Positions 21,265 through 30,182 of a DNA stretch of 30,639 nt are shown here, in pieces. A program made the position numbers and the translations under genes. The notes under the pieces were generated by a model. That model was not told where the DNA came from and did no database searches. It was given only the letters and a program-made list of their open reading frames with translations. Position 1 is the stretch's first letter. Every line of letters starts with the position of its first letter. The stretch spans positions 1 through 30,639 of IMG/VR virus record IMGVR_UViG_3300045988_023566; one strand, written 5' to 3'. Origin of the DNA: a virus.

Positions 21265-21330
21265 TGGTGCTCCTTTGATTATGGTATTATGGATGTTGGC
21301 TCCTTTATATGCCATTGTGTTGATCGGAAG

Positions 21331-21360
21331 GCCCGCCATCGTATTGTAACGGTGGCGGGC
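21331..21360. other. 8-bp GC hairpin after the major tail gene
   Basis: GCCCGCCA (21331-21338) pairs with TGGCGGGC (21353-21360). The T-rich tail is on the + strand (TTTCTTATTT), not on the coding minus strand, so this may be an mRNA-stability element or attenuator, or an antisense terminator. Confidence 0.5.
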
Positions 21361-21373
21361 TTTCTTATTTGGT

Positions 21374-22198
21374 TCAGTCTGTCACAGTGACGTTGACGAC
21401 GGTCTGCACGCTTCCTGACTTGAAGGTGATGGTGCCGTCGCCAGCCTTTTTCAGGGTGACGTTCCACGTGCCGTCACCATTGTCTGTGGCTTCTGCCAAG
21501 CCTGTTTCGGCTACGGTGGCGGTGATATCGCCGACAGCTCCGTTAGGCATGGCGGTGATATTGATTTTCATCGTGTCGTTGGCTTTGCCGGTGATGGTGG
21601 ACGGCGTGGCATTTAGTTCGGTGATTGAACTTTCTGCTGTTTTGATGGAACCGGTGGTCTCGTCATAGTAGGATGGCGTGTCGAGGTTGAGTTCGCCCAT
21701 GATTACTGCGCCTTCGGGGCTGGCTGTCATGGTGCCGGTGAGGGTGACGACGAATGGGTCGCTGAGGCTGACTTTGAATTCGCCTCCGGCGCTGATGAGG
21801 GCTTGTGGGATGCGGAAGTCTTGGGCGCTGGAGTGTCCGTCGCACACGTTGTGGATGATGATGTTTCGTGGTGTGTTGCTTACGCATTCGTTGCCGCCGA
21901 ATCGTACTTGTCCGGTTTCGCTGGTGTTTCCGCTGATGACGCGTTTGAATTTGGCGTTGTGGTAGAGTTCGGGGAATAGCATGCCGAGGAAGCGGACGCT
22001 GGGGCAGATGATGTTGATTTCGAAGCTGAGTTCGTCGTAGCTGCCGTTTGGTACTTTGATGGTGCCGGATTGGCTGGCGATTTCGGTGGTGCTGGGGGTG
22101 AGGGTGATGGTGCCGACTTCGTCTTGTACGTAGTCGGGTGGGATGATCATGTCGTCGATGTAGACGGTTTTTTTGCCGATGAGTGGGTATGAGGCCAT
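21374..22198 (-). CDS. Major tail protein with a C-terminal Ig-like (Big_2-type) domain
   Basis: 274 aa, in the position before the chaperones. The C-terminus ITGKANDTMKINITAMPNGAVGDITATVAETGLAEATDNGDGTWNVTLKKAGDGTITFKSGSVQTVVNVTV resembles bacterial Ig-like group 2 domains. Confidence 0.75.
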   Translation of the reverse strand: MASYPLIGKKTVYIDDMIIPPDYVQDEVGTITLTPSTTEIASQSGTIKVPNGSYDELSFEINIICPSVRFLGMLFPELYHNAKFKRVISGNTSETGQVRFGGNECVSNTPRNIIIHNVCDGHSSAQDFRIPQALISAGGEFKVSLSDPFVVTLTGTMTASPEGAVIMGELNLDTPSYYDETTGSIKTAESSITELNATPSTITGKANDTMKINITAMPNGAVGDITATVAETGLAEATDNGDGTWNVTLKKAGDGTITFKSGSVQTVVNVTVTD

Positions 22199-22235
22199 TT
22201 GTTTTTTCCTTTCGGGTTTGTTGGCTGTGTCTATT

Positions 22236-22661
22236 TTACAGTGTTGTGGGGTCGAGTTTGTAGTCGATTTGGAAGCGGATGCTTTTGACCCAGTGTCCTT
22301 CGTGGTCTATGGCGTCTAGGTCTATGGCGGTGGCTGGGTGGGTGCGGATTGACTGGTAAGTGATGTTGGTGATTGGTTGGCATGTGAGTTGGCAGTAGTG
22401 GGGTAGTTTGTTGTTGATGAGGTTGAGGAGTTGGAGCATGCGTCGTCCTTGGGTGAGGACGTCGTTGTGTCGGCTGCTGATGGTGATTTGGTCGGTGTAG
22501 AGGTCGCCGTTGATGTCGACTGTGTTGCTGTTGACCCATATGCCTTCTTGGCTGGTGACGGTGCCGGTGTCGAGGATGGGGCTGGTGCCGAAGAAGAGGT
22601 TTTGTCCGTAGGTGCCGTAGCCTTCGTTTTGGAGGGTCATGCATACTGCTAGGTCTATCAT
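22236..22661 (-). CDS. Tail terminator / tail completion protein candidate (141 aa)
   Basis: The in-frame internal start MIDLAVCMTLQNEGYGTYGQNLFFG... is preferred. The upstream 100 aa of the track ORF is Pro/His/Thr/Arg-rich and looks like a read-through artefact of the skewed composition and runs on through the whole of gene 22673..22996. Confidence 0.55.
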   Translation of the reverse strand: MIDLAVCMTLQNEGYGTYGQNLFFGTSPILDTGTVTSQEGIWVNSNTVDINGDLYTDQITISSRHNDVLTQGRRMLQLLNLINNKLPHYCQLTCQPITNITYQSIRTHPATAIDLDAIDHEGHWVKSIRFQIDYKLDPTTL

Positions 22662-22672
22662 GTGGGTTCTTT

Positions 22673-22996
22673 CTAGTCGAGGTTGAAGTAGGTTTTGATT
22701 TTGTTGTTTGCTGTGGTGGCGGCGCGTTCGAGATAGCGTGTGGTGTTGGGGTGGAGTCGGTTGGTGTGTTCGCGGATGCGGGCGTAGGGGACTCGACTGT
22801 TGCCGAAGGTGATGCGCCAGTGGAGTGTGTTGGTTTGTTGGAAGCGGCCGCTGTTGCGTAGTGCTCCGGTTTTGACTGGCGCGTTTTGGCGGGCTAGGCG
22901 GAGGATGTCGGTCATCATTCGTACGCCGCCTTTGTTGAGTTGTTGGGTGGAGAGTTTGCGGGTCCATGATGGGTTGGTTTTGAGTTGGTAGCTCAT
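22673..22996 (-). CDS. HK97 gp10-like neck/tail-component protein (107 aa)
   Basis: MSYQLKTNPSWTRKLSTQQLNKGGVRMMTDILRLARQNAPVKTGALRNSGRFQ... fits the HK97 gp10 family pattern (..a...aP..tG.Lr.S). ATGA overlap with the upstream gene. The track ORF 22673..23131 is in the same frame with a spurious N-terminus. Confidence 0.65.
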   Translation of the reverse strand: MSYQLKTNPSWTRKLSTQQLNKGGVRMMTDILRLARQNAPVKTGALRNSGRFQQTNTLHWRITFGNSRVPYARIREHTNRLHPNTTRYLERAATTANNKIKTYFNLD

Positions 22997-23361
22997 AGGC
23001 TGGTCCGTCCGTAGGGGTTGCCGGTGAGGGTGATGAAGAGGGTTTTGCCGGTGTCCATGTCGTCTCCTCGGCTGGCTTTGGTGATTTGGTAGGTGCGTCC
23101 GTTGGTGAGTTGGAGTATGAGGTCGGGCCATGCTTCCATGTCTTCGTGGAGTGTTTCGGGGAGGTTGTCGGGTTGGATGTGGAAGCGGCGGGTGGCGATA
23201 CGGCTACCGTATTCGGTTGGCTGGTCGCTTTCGGTGGAGTGTTTGATGATGGTTTGCACGTCGGCTATTCGGATGTTGTCGAGGCCGGGTGCCGTGTATT
23301 TCCAGATGGTGGCTGGCTGGGTTTGGTTGGGGAATAGTTTGAATGGGTCACAGGATGGCAT
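22993..23361 (-). CDS. Head closure / head-tail joining protein candidate
   Basis: 122 aa, in the connector module between the adaptor and the gp10-like gene. It overlaps both neighbours, which suggests translational coupling. Confidence 0.5.
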   Translation of the reverse strand: MPSCDPFKLFPNQTQPATIWKYTAPGLDNIRIADVQTIIKHSTESDQPTEYGSRIATRRFHIQPDNLPETLHEDMEAWPDLILQLTNGRTYQITKASRGDDMDTGKTLFITLTGNPYGRTSL

Positions 23362-24001
23362 GGTTGGCTGCTCCTAGGTCTTGTTCGTTCATCCACCATG
23401 GTAGGTCGTGGTGTGTGGTTGGCATGCTGAGGATTCCTCCTGTGTTGGGTCGGATTCGACAGACACTCCATGCGTCTATTAGTGCTTTGTATGGGGTGAG
23501 CGCGTGTTCGAGGGTGGTTTGCGTGCTGGTGTCGTAGGTGACGCTCACGTCTTCGATTTTCTTGGAGGTAATACGGGCTGTCTGGTCGAACATCGTCTGG
23601 TCGGCTTGGATGATAGCGGCGAGTATGTTGGTGAGTGGGGCGGGGAGTTTTGCGAAGCCGTGTCTGCCGTTGATGAGGAACTTTGTGCCGGCTGGGCATG
23701 TTTTGTTAAGGATTACAACGTTTGAGTATTGGGTGGCTGGTGTTAGTCCGTCGTCTTTGGTGTAGATGACGTTGTAGTCGACGAGTGGACCGTCTATTGG
23801 GGTGACCGACCACATTTCTGAATACCATGATGGTAGGTAGATGTGTGTGCCGTCGTCGCTGACGGTGCCTGTCATGTTGGTCATGGATTGTTCGAATGTG
23901 CTCATGCAGAGCATGTTGGCTAGGTCTGAGAGTGCGGCGTCTTTCCATGTCGCGTAGGCGGTTTCGCCGACTTGGGTGATGATGCTGTCGTCGATTATCA
24001 T
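23348..24001 (-). CDS. Head-tail adaptor/connector candidate (217 aa)
   Basis: SD ggaggaaaaATG, so start 24001 (MIIDDSIITQVGE...) is preferred. Call from position only. Confidence 0.45.
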   Translation of the reverse strand: MIIDDSIITQVGETAYATWKDAALSDLANMLCMSTFEQSMTNMTGTVSDDGTHIYLPSWYSEMWSVTPIDGPLVDYNVIYTKDDGLTPATQYSNVVILNKTCPAGTKFLINGRHGFAKLPAPLTNILAAIIQADQTMFDQTARITSKKIEDVSVTYDTSTQTTLEHALTPYKALIDAWSVCRIRPNTGGILSMPTTHHDLPWWMNEQDLGAANHAIL

Positions 24002-24076
24002 TTTTCCTCCGGGTAAATGAATAGGTCCTACCGTCAATTGTAACGATAGGACCCAATGGTGTTTATTGGCTGGCTG

Positions 24077-24355
24077 TCAGGCGGATGCCATTAGTCCAGC
24101 GTTGACCAGTGCGTTCACGATGTCGGCGATGGTGCCGGCGGTCGGGTCGACGTGGGCGGCCTTGGTGATCGTGGCGGCCGGACCAGCCGGACCAACCGGA
24201 CCAGCCGGACCAGCCGGACCAGCCGGACCCTGAGCGCCCTGACCGAAAGCCACCGGCTGCCCTTCCTTGTCCACAAAGTTAATGACCTTGACCGTGTTCA
24301 GGTTGTCTTCTGGCAGTGCCTTGCCGCCGATTCGAGCATACATTTCAGCGTTCAT
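24077..24355 (-). CDS. Small collagen-like (Gly-X-Y) protein; head decoration or fibre candidate
   Basis: 92 aa with the run GAQ GPA GPA GPA GPV GPA GPA. It lies immediately downstream of the capsid gene. Confidence 0.7.
   Translation of the reverse strand: MNAEMYARIGGKALPEDNLNTVKVINFVDKEGQPVAFGQGAQGPAGPAGPAGPVGPAGPAATITKAAHVDPTAGTIADIVNALVNAGLMASA
24177..24233. repeat. Tandem 9-nt repeat (CCAGCCGGA and variants) encoding the GPA triplets
   Basis: gccggaccagccggaccaaccggaccagccggaccagccggaccagccggaccc, read directly. Confidence 0.9.
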
Positions 24356-24357
24356 TA

Positions 24358-26172
24358 TCAGGCCTTCGGCTTGATGACCACTGCGGACTTCTCAGCGTCC
24401 AGACCGCCACCCGCGTAGATTTCCTGCAGGTATTCGTTGGTGTTGGTCTGCAATGCGAAGTTCGTGAAGGATTCGACGCTCGTGTCGCCGACGAGCGTAT
24501 AGTGAGAAGCGGACAGGACCACGCCAGCCACCTTCTTGTCATCATCCGCAGTCCACCATTCCGGGGTGATGATCTGGGAGACGCCGAGAGCACGGGCGAG
24601 CGTGTCGTCACCGCCGAGAGCGATGAAGCTGTTGCCGTTAGCGTCGGCGCTCATGAGCAGGTCGGCTACCGTGTCCGCATTGCAGACGAGAACCTTGTTG
24701 CCCTGTGCGCGGACCATGTGGGAAGCCTTGACGAAGCCCATGAGCGGGGTTTCCTCGCCGAGCGTGTAGGAGCGTGCGAACTTGTTTCCAGCCCATTCCG
24801 ACTTGGCGTCGGCTGCGTCGGTGGTGATGGCACGGAAGTGGGCCATGTCTTCGTAGCCGCCGAGCACAGCCTGACGTTCGATGGTCTGGACGATGTAGTT
24901 CGGCAGTTCGGAGAGGATGTAGCGGAGCAGTGCGCCCGGCTTCTGCGTACGACGGATGTCACCCTTGTTGAGGGTGATGTACTTGTACGTGTAGTCGGCG
25001 GTGAGTTCACGTTTCACGAAGGAGGGGGTCTGTTCCTGCTTCTTGGTGCCGTAGGAGGAGACCGGATAACCGTGGGCGCGGGTCGCTTCGGTCAGGCCGA
25101 GAATGTTGCCGCCGATGGTGAGGCGGTCCATGCCGGTCTTCTGGAAGAGATTCCACAAGCCGCTGCCGCGCGTGTTGAGCGCGTCGCTGATGGTGGTGAT
25201 GGCTTCGGTCGGGATGAACTTGTCCACGTCGGTCTTGCCTACGCCGAAGGATGCGGTGTCGGCCATGTTACGGGACACGGTGTCGGCCCATTCCTTGTGG
25301 AATGCTTCGACGCCCTTGTTGTCGTTGTCGATGAGGGTGCGTTCGAATGCGGCCATGGCATCCGGGGAGTCGAGCCACGTCTCACGAGTGTGGGAGAAGG
25401 AGGCGACGCCGGACTGCTTGGCGGCACGGTTGCTCTTGTTGATGATGACGAGCGGACGCTTGTTGGCGGACTGGGTCGGTTCTTCCGGGGCGGTGGTCAC
25501 TGTGGTGTCTCCTTCGTTGGTGTCGGTCTGGTCGTCGATCGCTTCCGTGATGTCGGATACCGCATCGTTCATGATGTCGGTAACGGACGAGGTGAGGTTT
25601 GCTGCCTCGTCGGGGTCGAGCTTGAACTGGGCGACGGTGCGTGCCAGCTTGGTCATGAGGCCATTATCCATGGTGTCTCCTTTTCGGTTGTTGATTGAGG
25701 TGAATGCGGCTCGGGGGTCGGCTCCACGGTAGACGACGCTGATTTCTACCAGTTCGCCATTGTGGATGATGCCGTCTTTGCCGGGCTGTCGGTTGAACTC
25801 GACGGTGATGCTGAAACTGTTGGTCAGGCATCCGTCGGCTGCGAGCTGGCGGATGCGTTCTCCGTTGTCGACTTCACTGAGTCTGGCTTCGGCCATGAGT
25901 CCGGCGTCGGTCATCCATAGGCGGGTGATGGTGCCGGCTTGGGCTTCGACTGATGGCATGTGGTCGATGAGGAGGGGGAGTGAGAGCCTGTCGGAATCAT
26001 CGAGGTCTGACACGAGTTTCAGGGTCCCGTCGGTGAGTGGGGCTTTGAGTGTGTCGAGGTCTACGGTGAGTCCGCCGCACATTACCTTGCCGGAGTTGGC
26101 GAGGAATGTGAGGGTTCGGCCTTCGGTTTCAGTGTTGCCGCCGGTGTGGGTGAAGCTCTTTCGAGTGGTCAT
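24358..26172 (-). CDS. Fused prohead protease - scaffold/linker - HK97-fold major capsid protein
   Basis: 604 aa. The N-terminal roughly 170 aa resemble an HK97-type prohead protease (...NSFSITVEF...GELVEISVVYRGADPRA). An acidic linker follows (DDQTDTNEGDTTVTTAPEEP). The C-terminal roughly 330 aa have the size and composition of a major capsid protein. Confidence 0.75.
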   Translation of the reverse strand: MTTRKSFTHTGGNTETEGRTLTFLANSGKVMCGGLTVDLDTLKAPLTDGTLKLVSDLDDSDRLSLPLLIDHMPSVEAQAGTITRLWMTDAGLMAEARLSEVDNGERIRQLAADGCLTNSFSITVEFNRQPGKDGIIHNGELVEISVVYRGADPRAAFTSINNRKGDTMDNGLMTKLARTVAQFKLDPDEAANLTSSVTDIMNDAVSDITEAIDDQTDTNEGDTTVTTAPEEPTQSANKRPLVIINKSNRAAKQSGVASFSHTRETWLDSPDAMAAFERTLIDNDNKGVEAFHKEWADTVSRNMADTASFGVGKTDVDKFIPTEAITTISDALNTRGSGLWNLFQKTGMDRLTIGGNILGLTEATRAHGYPVSSYGTKKQEQTPSFVKRELTADYTYKYITLNKGDIRRTQKPGALLRYILSELPNYIVQTIERQAVLGGYEDMAHFRAITTDAADAKSEWAGNKFARSYTLGEETPLMGFVKASHMVRAQGNKVLVCNADTVADLLMSADANGNSFIALGGDDTLARALGVSQIITPEWWTADDDKKVAGVVLSASHYTLVGDTSVESFTNFALQTNTNEYLQEIYAGGGLDAEKSAVVIKPKA

Positions 26173-26181
26173 GTCACCCTT

Positions 26182-26364
26182 TCATTCGGTGGTAGTGATG
26201 TTGTCGTGAACGTCCTTTGAGGGCTTGTGTTCAAGTCCCCATAATAGCATGATGTGATATTCCAGTAGGCTTCGGCAATTTGGGCATTTGAGTGTCACGT
26301 CGGTATCGCGCGCGCATGAGCCGAGGTAGCGTCCGCATTTCCTGCAGTGGATGTCGTACGTCAT
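26182..26364 (-). CDS. Com-like zinc-ribbon protein
   Basis: MTYDIHCRKCGRYLGSCARDTDVTLKCPNCRSLLEYHI has two CxxC pairs with spacing and flanks like the Mu Com translational activator (IRCKNCNKLL....IEIRCPRCK). Confidence 0.6.
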   Translation of the reverse strand: MTYDIHCRKCGRYLGSCARDTDVTLKCPNCRSLLEYHIMLLWGLEHKPSKDVHDNITTTE

Positions 26365-28488
26365 TTAATCCTCCACCACTTCGTAGTCTTCGTAGCATCT
26401 GCAGTTCGGGTGCCCGTTAGGGGCGATCATGTTTTCGAAACTGTTGACGTATGTATGGTCTCCGACTTCGACGCTTGCACCGTGATCCAGGTATGAGCCG
26501 TCAAGGCCGATGGTGGTGCCTTCCATGTGTTTGCAGAAGTCGCATGTGTTGCTGTCTCCGGTGGTTCGCCATACCTTTTGCAGTCGGACGCCTAGCGTTT
26601 CGCTCATGTTGCGTGCGCTATACAGGCTGCCGAGTCTTTGGGCTTGGACGGTTTCGCATCGTGCGATGAGTTCTGCGTGTTCGTTGCCGAACCGGGTCAG
26701 TTCGTCGCGTAGTCGGTGTGCGTTCCACTGTTCCACGTCGGCCTTGGCGAGGAGGTCGAGGGTTTTCGTGGTGATGGTTTGGGAGGACGTGTTGGCGATT
26801 GTTTCCAAGTGGTCGAGGTATGCGGTCTTCACGTTTGTTGGGAGTTTGGTCCAGTCGTAGAGTTTCTGCCAGTCGGTTTGCGTGTAGCCTTGCACTTCGA
26901 CTGCGATTGGGTTGTCGGGGTAGGTTTCGGCCCATGCGGTGATGACTTGTTCGAGGTTGAGTCCGGTTTTGTGGGCGTATTCGGTGAGGTGTGTCATGAG
27001 GTCGTCTTCCACGTCGTGGATCCACTGCTGGCCGATGGTTTTGAGGTCGTCGTGGAGGCTGTTCTGGGAGCGTTTTGCTAGTCCGATGACGCGGTTGACG
27101 TAAGTGCGGGTGGCGGTTAGCAGGTGTGGTTCGGTTGGTGTGTCGTCGACTGGTTTGGCGGCTTTCGTGGTGTTTCTCGCGGATGGGAGGATGGGGGTGT
27201 TGGGCGTGTAGGGGTGTAGGTCGAGTCGGCGGTATGCTTCGGGGAGTCCGAGTGCTTCGACTGCGGTTTCGACGGTTGCGCCCATGTTGACGAGTTGGAT
27301 GAGGTTGTTGATGCGGATTTGTTGGGTTTCCGCTTGGACTTTCTCGACTTCGGTCTGTGCGGGGAGGTCGAGGGTGAATGTGATTCCGTAGCCAAGGCCG
27401 CCTGTGATGCGGTCGAGTTCGAATTGCCATTTGTCCCAGACTGTCATGCAGAGGGGTTTGAGGGTGTTTTCAATGAAGGCGCGTTCGGCCATTTCGGCGT
27501 TGGCGTAGGTTTGGCCGTTGTCGATGCCTCGGATGATGTCGGGGACTGCGAGCGCGTTGGCTAGGCGGTTGTTGACTACGTCGGATACGGTTTGCAGATC
27601 GAGCGTGTCGTTGGAGTTCTGGAATGGGACCCAGACGAGTTTGCTGGTTTGGCTGGGCTTGTGGGTTAGGGGGTCGACGGGCACCATATTGTAGACGATG
27701 CCGTTATTGTTGCCGGCTCCGCGGAAGGTCTCCTCGAGACGTGCGCGGTTGCGTTGGAAGTCTTCGGCGTTTTCGGATACGATGCCGAGCATGCCGGCTG
27801 GTACTGCGTTGTTGCCGAAGAAGCCGCGTTCGTAGTCGGCGATCATGTCGTCGACGTTGGCCCATTTTTTGATGGTCATGGCGGGGCTGATGCCGCGCGT
27901 GGGGTCGTTGGGGTGACGGCTGTACGAAAGCGCGATTGTTTCGTTGCGGGTGAATTCGTATGGGCGGGCTCCGTCGCCGAGGTCCATGGTCACGCGGTGG
28001 TACCAGTCGGAGCGGGTGTCGTTGTAGACGCGGCTGTTCAATGGGAGGAGGGTGTAGCCGGTGATGTTGTCGGGGGTGATGTTGCCGCCGGGTCCTTCGG
28101 TGGTCCAGACGAGGATGTCCACGTGTGATTGGGTGAGTATGCCTGAGGCGATGAGTTTGAGGAATTCGAGGCAGCTGTAGGTGTCGTTGGGCGCGTATAG
28201 GGCGCTTAACGCGGCTGGTGCGGGGTCGAGTTTCCTTCCGTCCGCCGTGACGGCGTAGGGGATTACTGTGCTGAAGCGTTGTGCGATGGCGTTGACGTAC
28301 GGGAAGATGTTGTCGTACGTGTCATGCATCGGGATGTTGTTGCCGCCGATTGTCTGCCATGCGTTGCCGCCGGCTGGGGTGGGTGTCGAGTGGGGGGCGT
28401 CGGTTCGGCCGAAAGCGTTCGTGAAGCCTGAGCGTAGGTTGCTGAGAATGGTCAATTTGCCTCGTTTCGGATTGGGGTGTTCTGTCAT
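26365..28488 (-). CDS. Portal protein fused to a MuF/SPP1 gp7-like head morphogenesis domain
   Basis: 707 aa in the position after TerL. The C-terminus VWRTTGDSNTCDFCKHMEGTTIGLD...APNGHPNCRCYEDYEV is the MuF-family signature (W.t..D.rvc..C......G.......PG.HPNCRC). Confidence 0.8.
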   Translation of the reverse strand: MTEHPNPKRGKLTILSNLRSGFTNAFGRTDAPHSTPTPAGGNAWQTIGGNNIPMHDTYDNIFPYVNAIAQRFSTVIPYAVTADGRKLDPAPAALSALYAPNDTYSCLEFLKLIASGILTQSHVDILVWTTEGPGGNITPDNITGYTLLPLNSRVYNDTRSDWYHRVTMDLGDGARPYEFTRNETIALSYSRHPNDPTRGISPAMTIKKWANVDDMIADYERGFFGNNAVPAGMLGIVSENAEDFQRNRARLEETFRGAGNNNGIVYNMVPVDPLTHKPSQTSKLVWVPFQNSNDTLDLQTVSDVVNNRLANALAVPDIIRGIDNGQTYANAEMAERAFIENTLKPLCMTVWDKWQFELDRITGGLGYGITFTLDLPAQTEVEKVQAETQQIRINNLIQLVNMGATVETAVEALGLPEAYRRLDLHPYTPNTPILPSARNTTKAAKPVDDTPTEPHLLTATRTYVNRVIGLAKRSQNSLHDDLKTIGQQWIHDVEDDLMTHLTEYAHKTGLNLEQVITAWAETYPDNPIAVEVQGYTQTDWQKLYDWTKLPTNVKTAYLDHLETIANTSSQTITTKTLDLLAKADVEQWNAHRLRDELTRFGNEHAELIARCETVQAQRLGSLYSARNMSETLGVRLQKVWRTTGDSNTCDFCKHMEGTTIGLDGSYLDHGASVEVGDHTYVNSFENMIAPNGHPNCRCYEDYEVVED

Positions 28489-28519
28489 ACCATTCTACCG
28501 GCCGTAGGCTACTGGATGG

Positions 28520-29779
28520 CTAGCAGACCATGACGTCCCATGAGGGGAGTTGTGGCGGCTCGTAGCATGCGAGGAGTAGGCTGTCGGCGAGATCCGGGCT
28601 GCCTAGGTTCATGCTGTCCTTGTAGTCTTGTTTGCTTTCGATTTGCCGTTGGTTGCGGCTGTTTATCTGCCATTTGCGGGTGGTGAGTTCGGTGGTGAGC
28701 TTGGCTAGGTCGGTGAGTTGTGGGTTGATGCTGAGTTGGGGGAGCATGGCAGCGAAATCAAACCATAGTTCTGAGGCGATGTTGGGGTATTGGGGGTCTT
28801 TTGGCTTGCCGGCGTAGTTGATGCCGGTGGCGGGTAGTTCCCATGATTTGAGGAGGTCGGTGAGTCCTCCGCCTACGCCTGTGTCGTCGATGCGGATGTC
28901 GATTGGGTGGTGTTGTGATGCGCGGAGTCTGATCCGTTCGGCGGTGTCGACGATGCTTGAATGCGTCCATGATTCGAGGGTTTCGATACGGTTGCCTTTT
29001 TTGATGGTGAGGGCGGTGCGGTCGTTGCCGTATCGTGCTACGTCGACACCGAATGTGACCGGTCCGTCCGATGGTGTACGGCGGATGGCTTCGTGGATCA
29101 TGTTATCGCTGATGAGTTGGTTGTCGGTGTCCGAGTATGGGAGGCCTAGCCAGATGTGGCCGAAGTCGGTGGTTTCCCGGTCGGCTTCGATCATGGCGAG
29201 CACGTCCGGGCTGAGGAGTCTTTCCACGTCCTTGAATGTGGTGTGCCAATGGCAGGTCTGCCTGTGACGTTCCTCTGAGTCCGAGGTGATGAAGTACGTC
29301 CAGACGGTATCGTGGCTTGTCCGTGGATTCCATGTGAAGATCAGCGTGGAATTGGTTTTGCGGATGGTCGGGATGAGCGTAGTCAGGCTTTCCTTGCCGA
29401 TCGTCTGTGCTTCCTCGACCCAGCACACGTCGATGCCTTCGATGCTTTTAATGCTTTCGAAATTGTTGTGTAGGCCGCGGAAGATGAAAGTGCTGCCGTT
29501 GATGTGGCTGATGCTGTCGCGGGTTATTTCAAAGCCTTGCAAACCGAATTTGCGTATGGTGGCGACGAGGAGCTTGTGCACGGAGTCTGCGATGCTGTTC
29601 TGGAATTCGCGGGCGCATAGGACGGTGATTGGCTGGCTGGCGGCACGGAGTATGAGGCTTTGCGCGACGGCGGTGCTTTTACCGGAGGCTCGACCGCCGG
29701 AATAACAGTAATAACGATATGGTGGCGTCTCCGTGTGGAGCCACCACCATAGGTCTCGGTATGGTCTTGCTATCTGCAT
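28520..29779 (-). CDS. Terminase large subunit (PBSX/Terminase_3-like)
   Basis: Walker A YSGGRASGKSTAVAQ, Walker B-like IDVCWVEEAQ, and a C-terminal RNaseH-like nuclease region (FGVDVARYGNDRTAL...IDDTGVGGG). Confidence 0.92.
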   Translation of the reverse strand: MQIARPYRDLWWWLHTETPPYRYYCYSGGRASGKSTAVAQSLILRAASQPITVLCAREFQNSIADSVHKLLVATIRKFGLQGFEITRDSISHINGSTFIFRGLHNNFESIKSIEGIDVCWVEEAQTIGKESLTTLIPTIRKTNSTLIFTWNPRTSHDTVWTYFITSDSEERHRQTCHWHTTFKDVERLLSPDVLAMIEADRETTDFGHIWLGLPYSDTDNQLISDNMIHEAIRRTPSDGPVTFGVDVARYGNDRTALTIKKGNRIETLESWTHSSIVDTAERIRLRASQHHPIDIRIDDTGVGGGLTDLLKSWELPATGINYAGKPKDPQYPNIASELWFDFAAMLPQLSINPQLTDLAKLTTELTTRKWQINSRNQRQIESKQDYKDSMNLGSPDLADSLLLACYEPPQLPSWDVMVC

Positions 29780-29792
29780 GGGTCCAGTCTAT

Positions 29793-30182
29793 TTACTGGC
29801 TATCCTTGTCGTTTTCCGGGTTGTCGTCGAAGACTTCGAGCGTGATGTGCGGTGGCTCGTAGCCGGTGACCGATACGTCGGTGGACTGGCGGGCCTTGCC
29901 GTCGAGCCGGTCAATATAGTCGGCTGCGACCTTCGGGTCCTTGGAAGCGTTGAGAATGTGTCTGATGGCGATTTTCTGGACCATCGTCAAGTTCGGGTCC
30001 TTTATCTTTTCGTTGAATTCTTCGGCGGTGAGCTTGCTGAATTCGCGGATCCAACGGGTCGGGCTGGTGTCTTTGGTCCATGAGCCTCGGTCCTGTGGAC
30101 GGTCTTGGAAGCCGCCTTTCCCGGTGGGATTGCATGCTCCGCTGACGATTCTGCCTCGATGGTCTCTTACTACTTCGGTCAT
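29793..30182 (-). CDS. Terminase small subunit candidate, leaderless
   Basis: MTEVVRDHRGRIVSGACNPTGKGGFQDRPQDRGSW... contains an NP.GkGG motif common in small terminases, and it lies upstream of TerL. The ATG at 30182 is 7 nt after a TATAAT box. The track start at 30218 would include the promoter. Confidence 0.65.
   Translation of the reverse strand: MTEVVRDHRGRIVSGACNPTGKGGFQDRPQDRGSWTKDTSPTRWIREFSKLTAEEFNEKIKDPNLTMVQKIAIRHILNASKDPKVAADYIDRLDGKARQSTDVSVTGYEPPHITLEVFDDNPENDKDSQ

Noticed and set aside
24024-24053. Imperfect 11-bp hairpin (GGTCCTACCGT / ACGATAGGACC) between the collagen-like gene and the adaptor gene, as a possible internal terminator.
   Set aside because: It has one mismatch and no U-tract, and lies in a very short intergenic gap just upstream of the next gene's SD. 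Evidence is insufficient to call a regulatory element.
24316-25698. 460-aa + strand ORF antisense to the capsid gene. Similar long antisense or out-of-frame ORFs occur at 13151..14284 (+), 18282..19091 (+), 26618..27430 (-), 10591..11280 (+), 6265..6921 (+) and 9738..10379 (-).
   Set aside because: Their translations are low-complexity (runs of R/H/P/T or G/V/D/E) and lack SD sites. They overlap ORFs with clear family signatures. The extreme A+C versus G+T strand bias depletes stop codons in several frames, so long spurious ORFs are expected.
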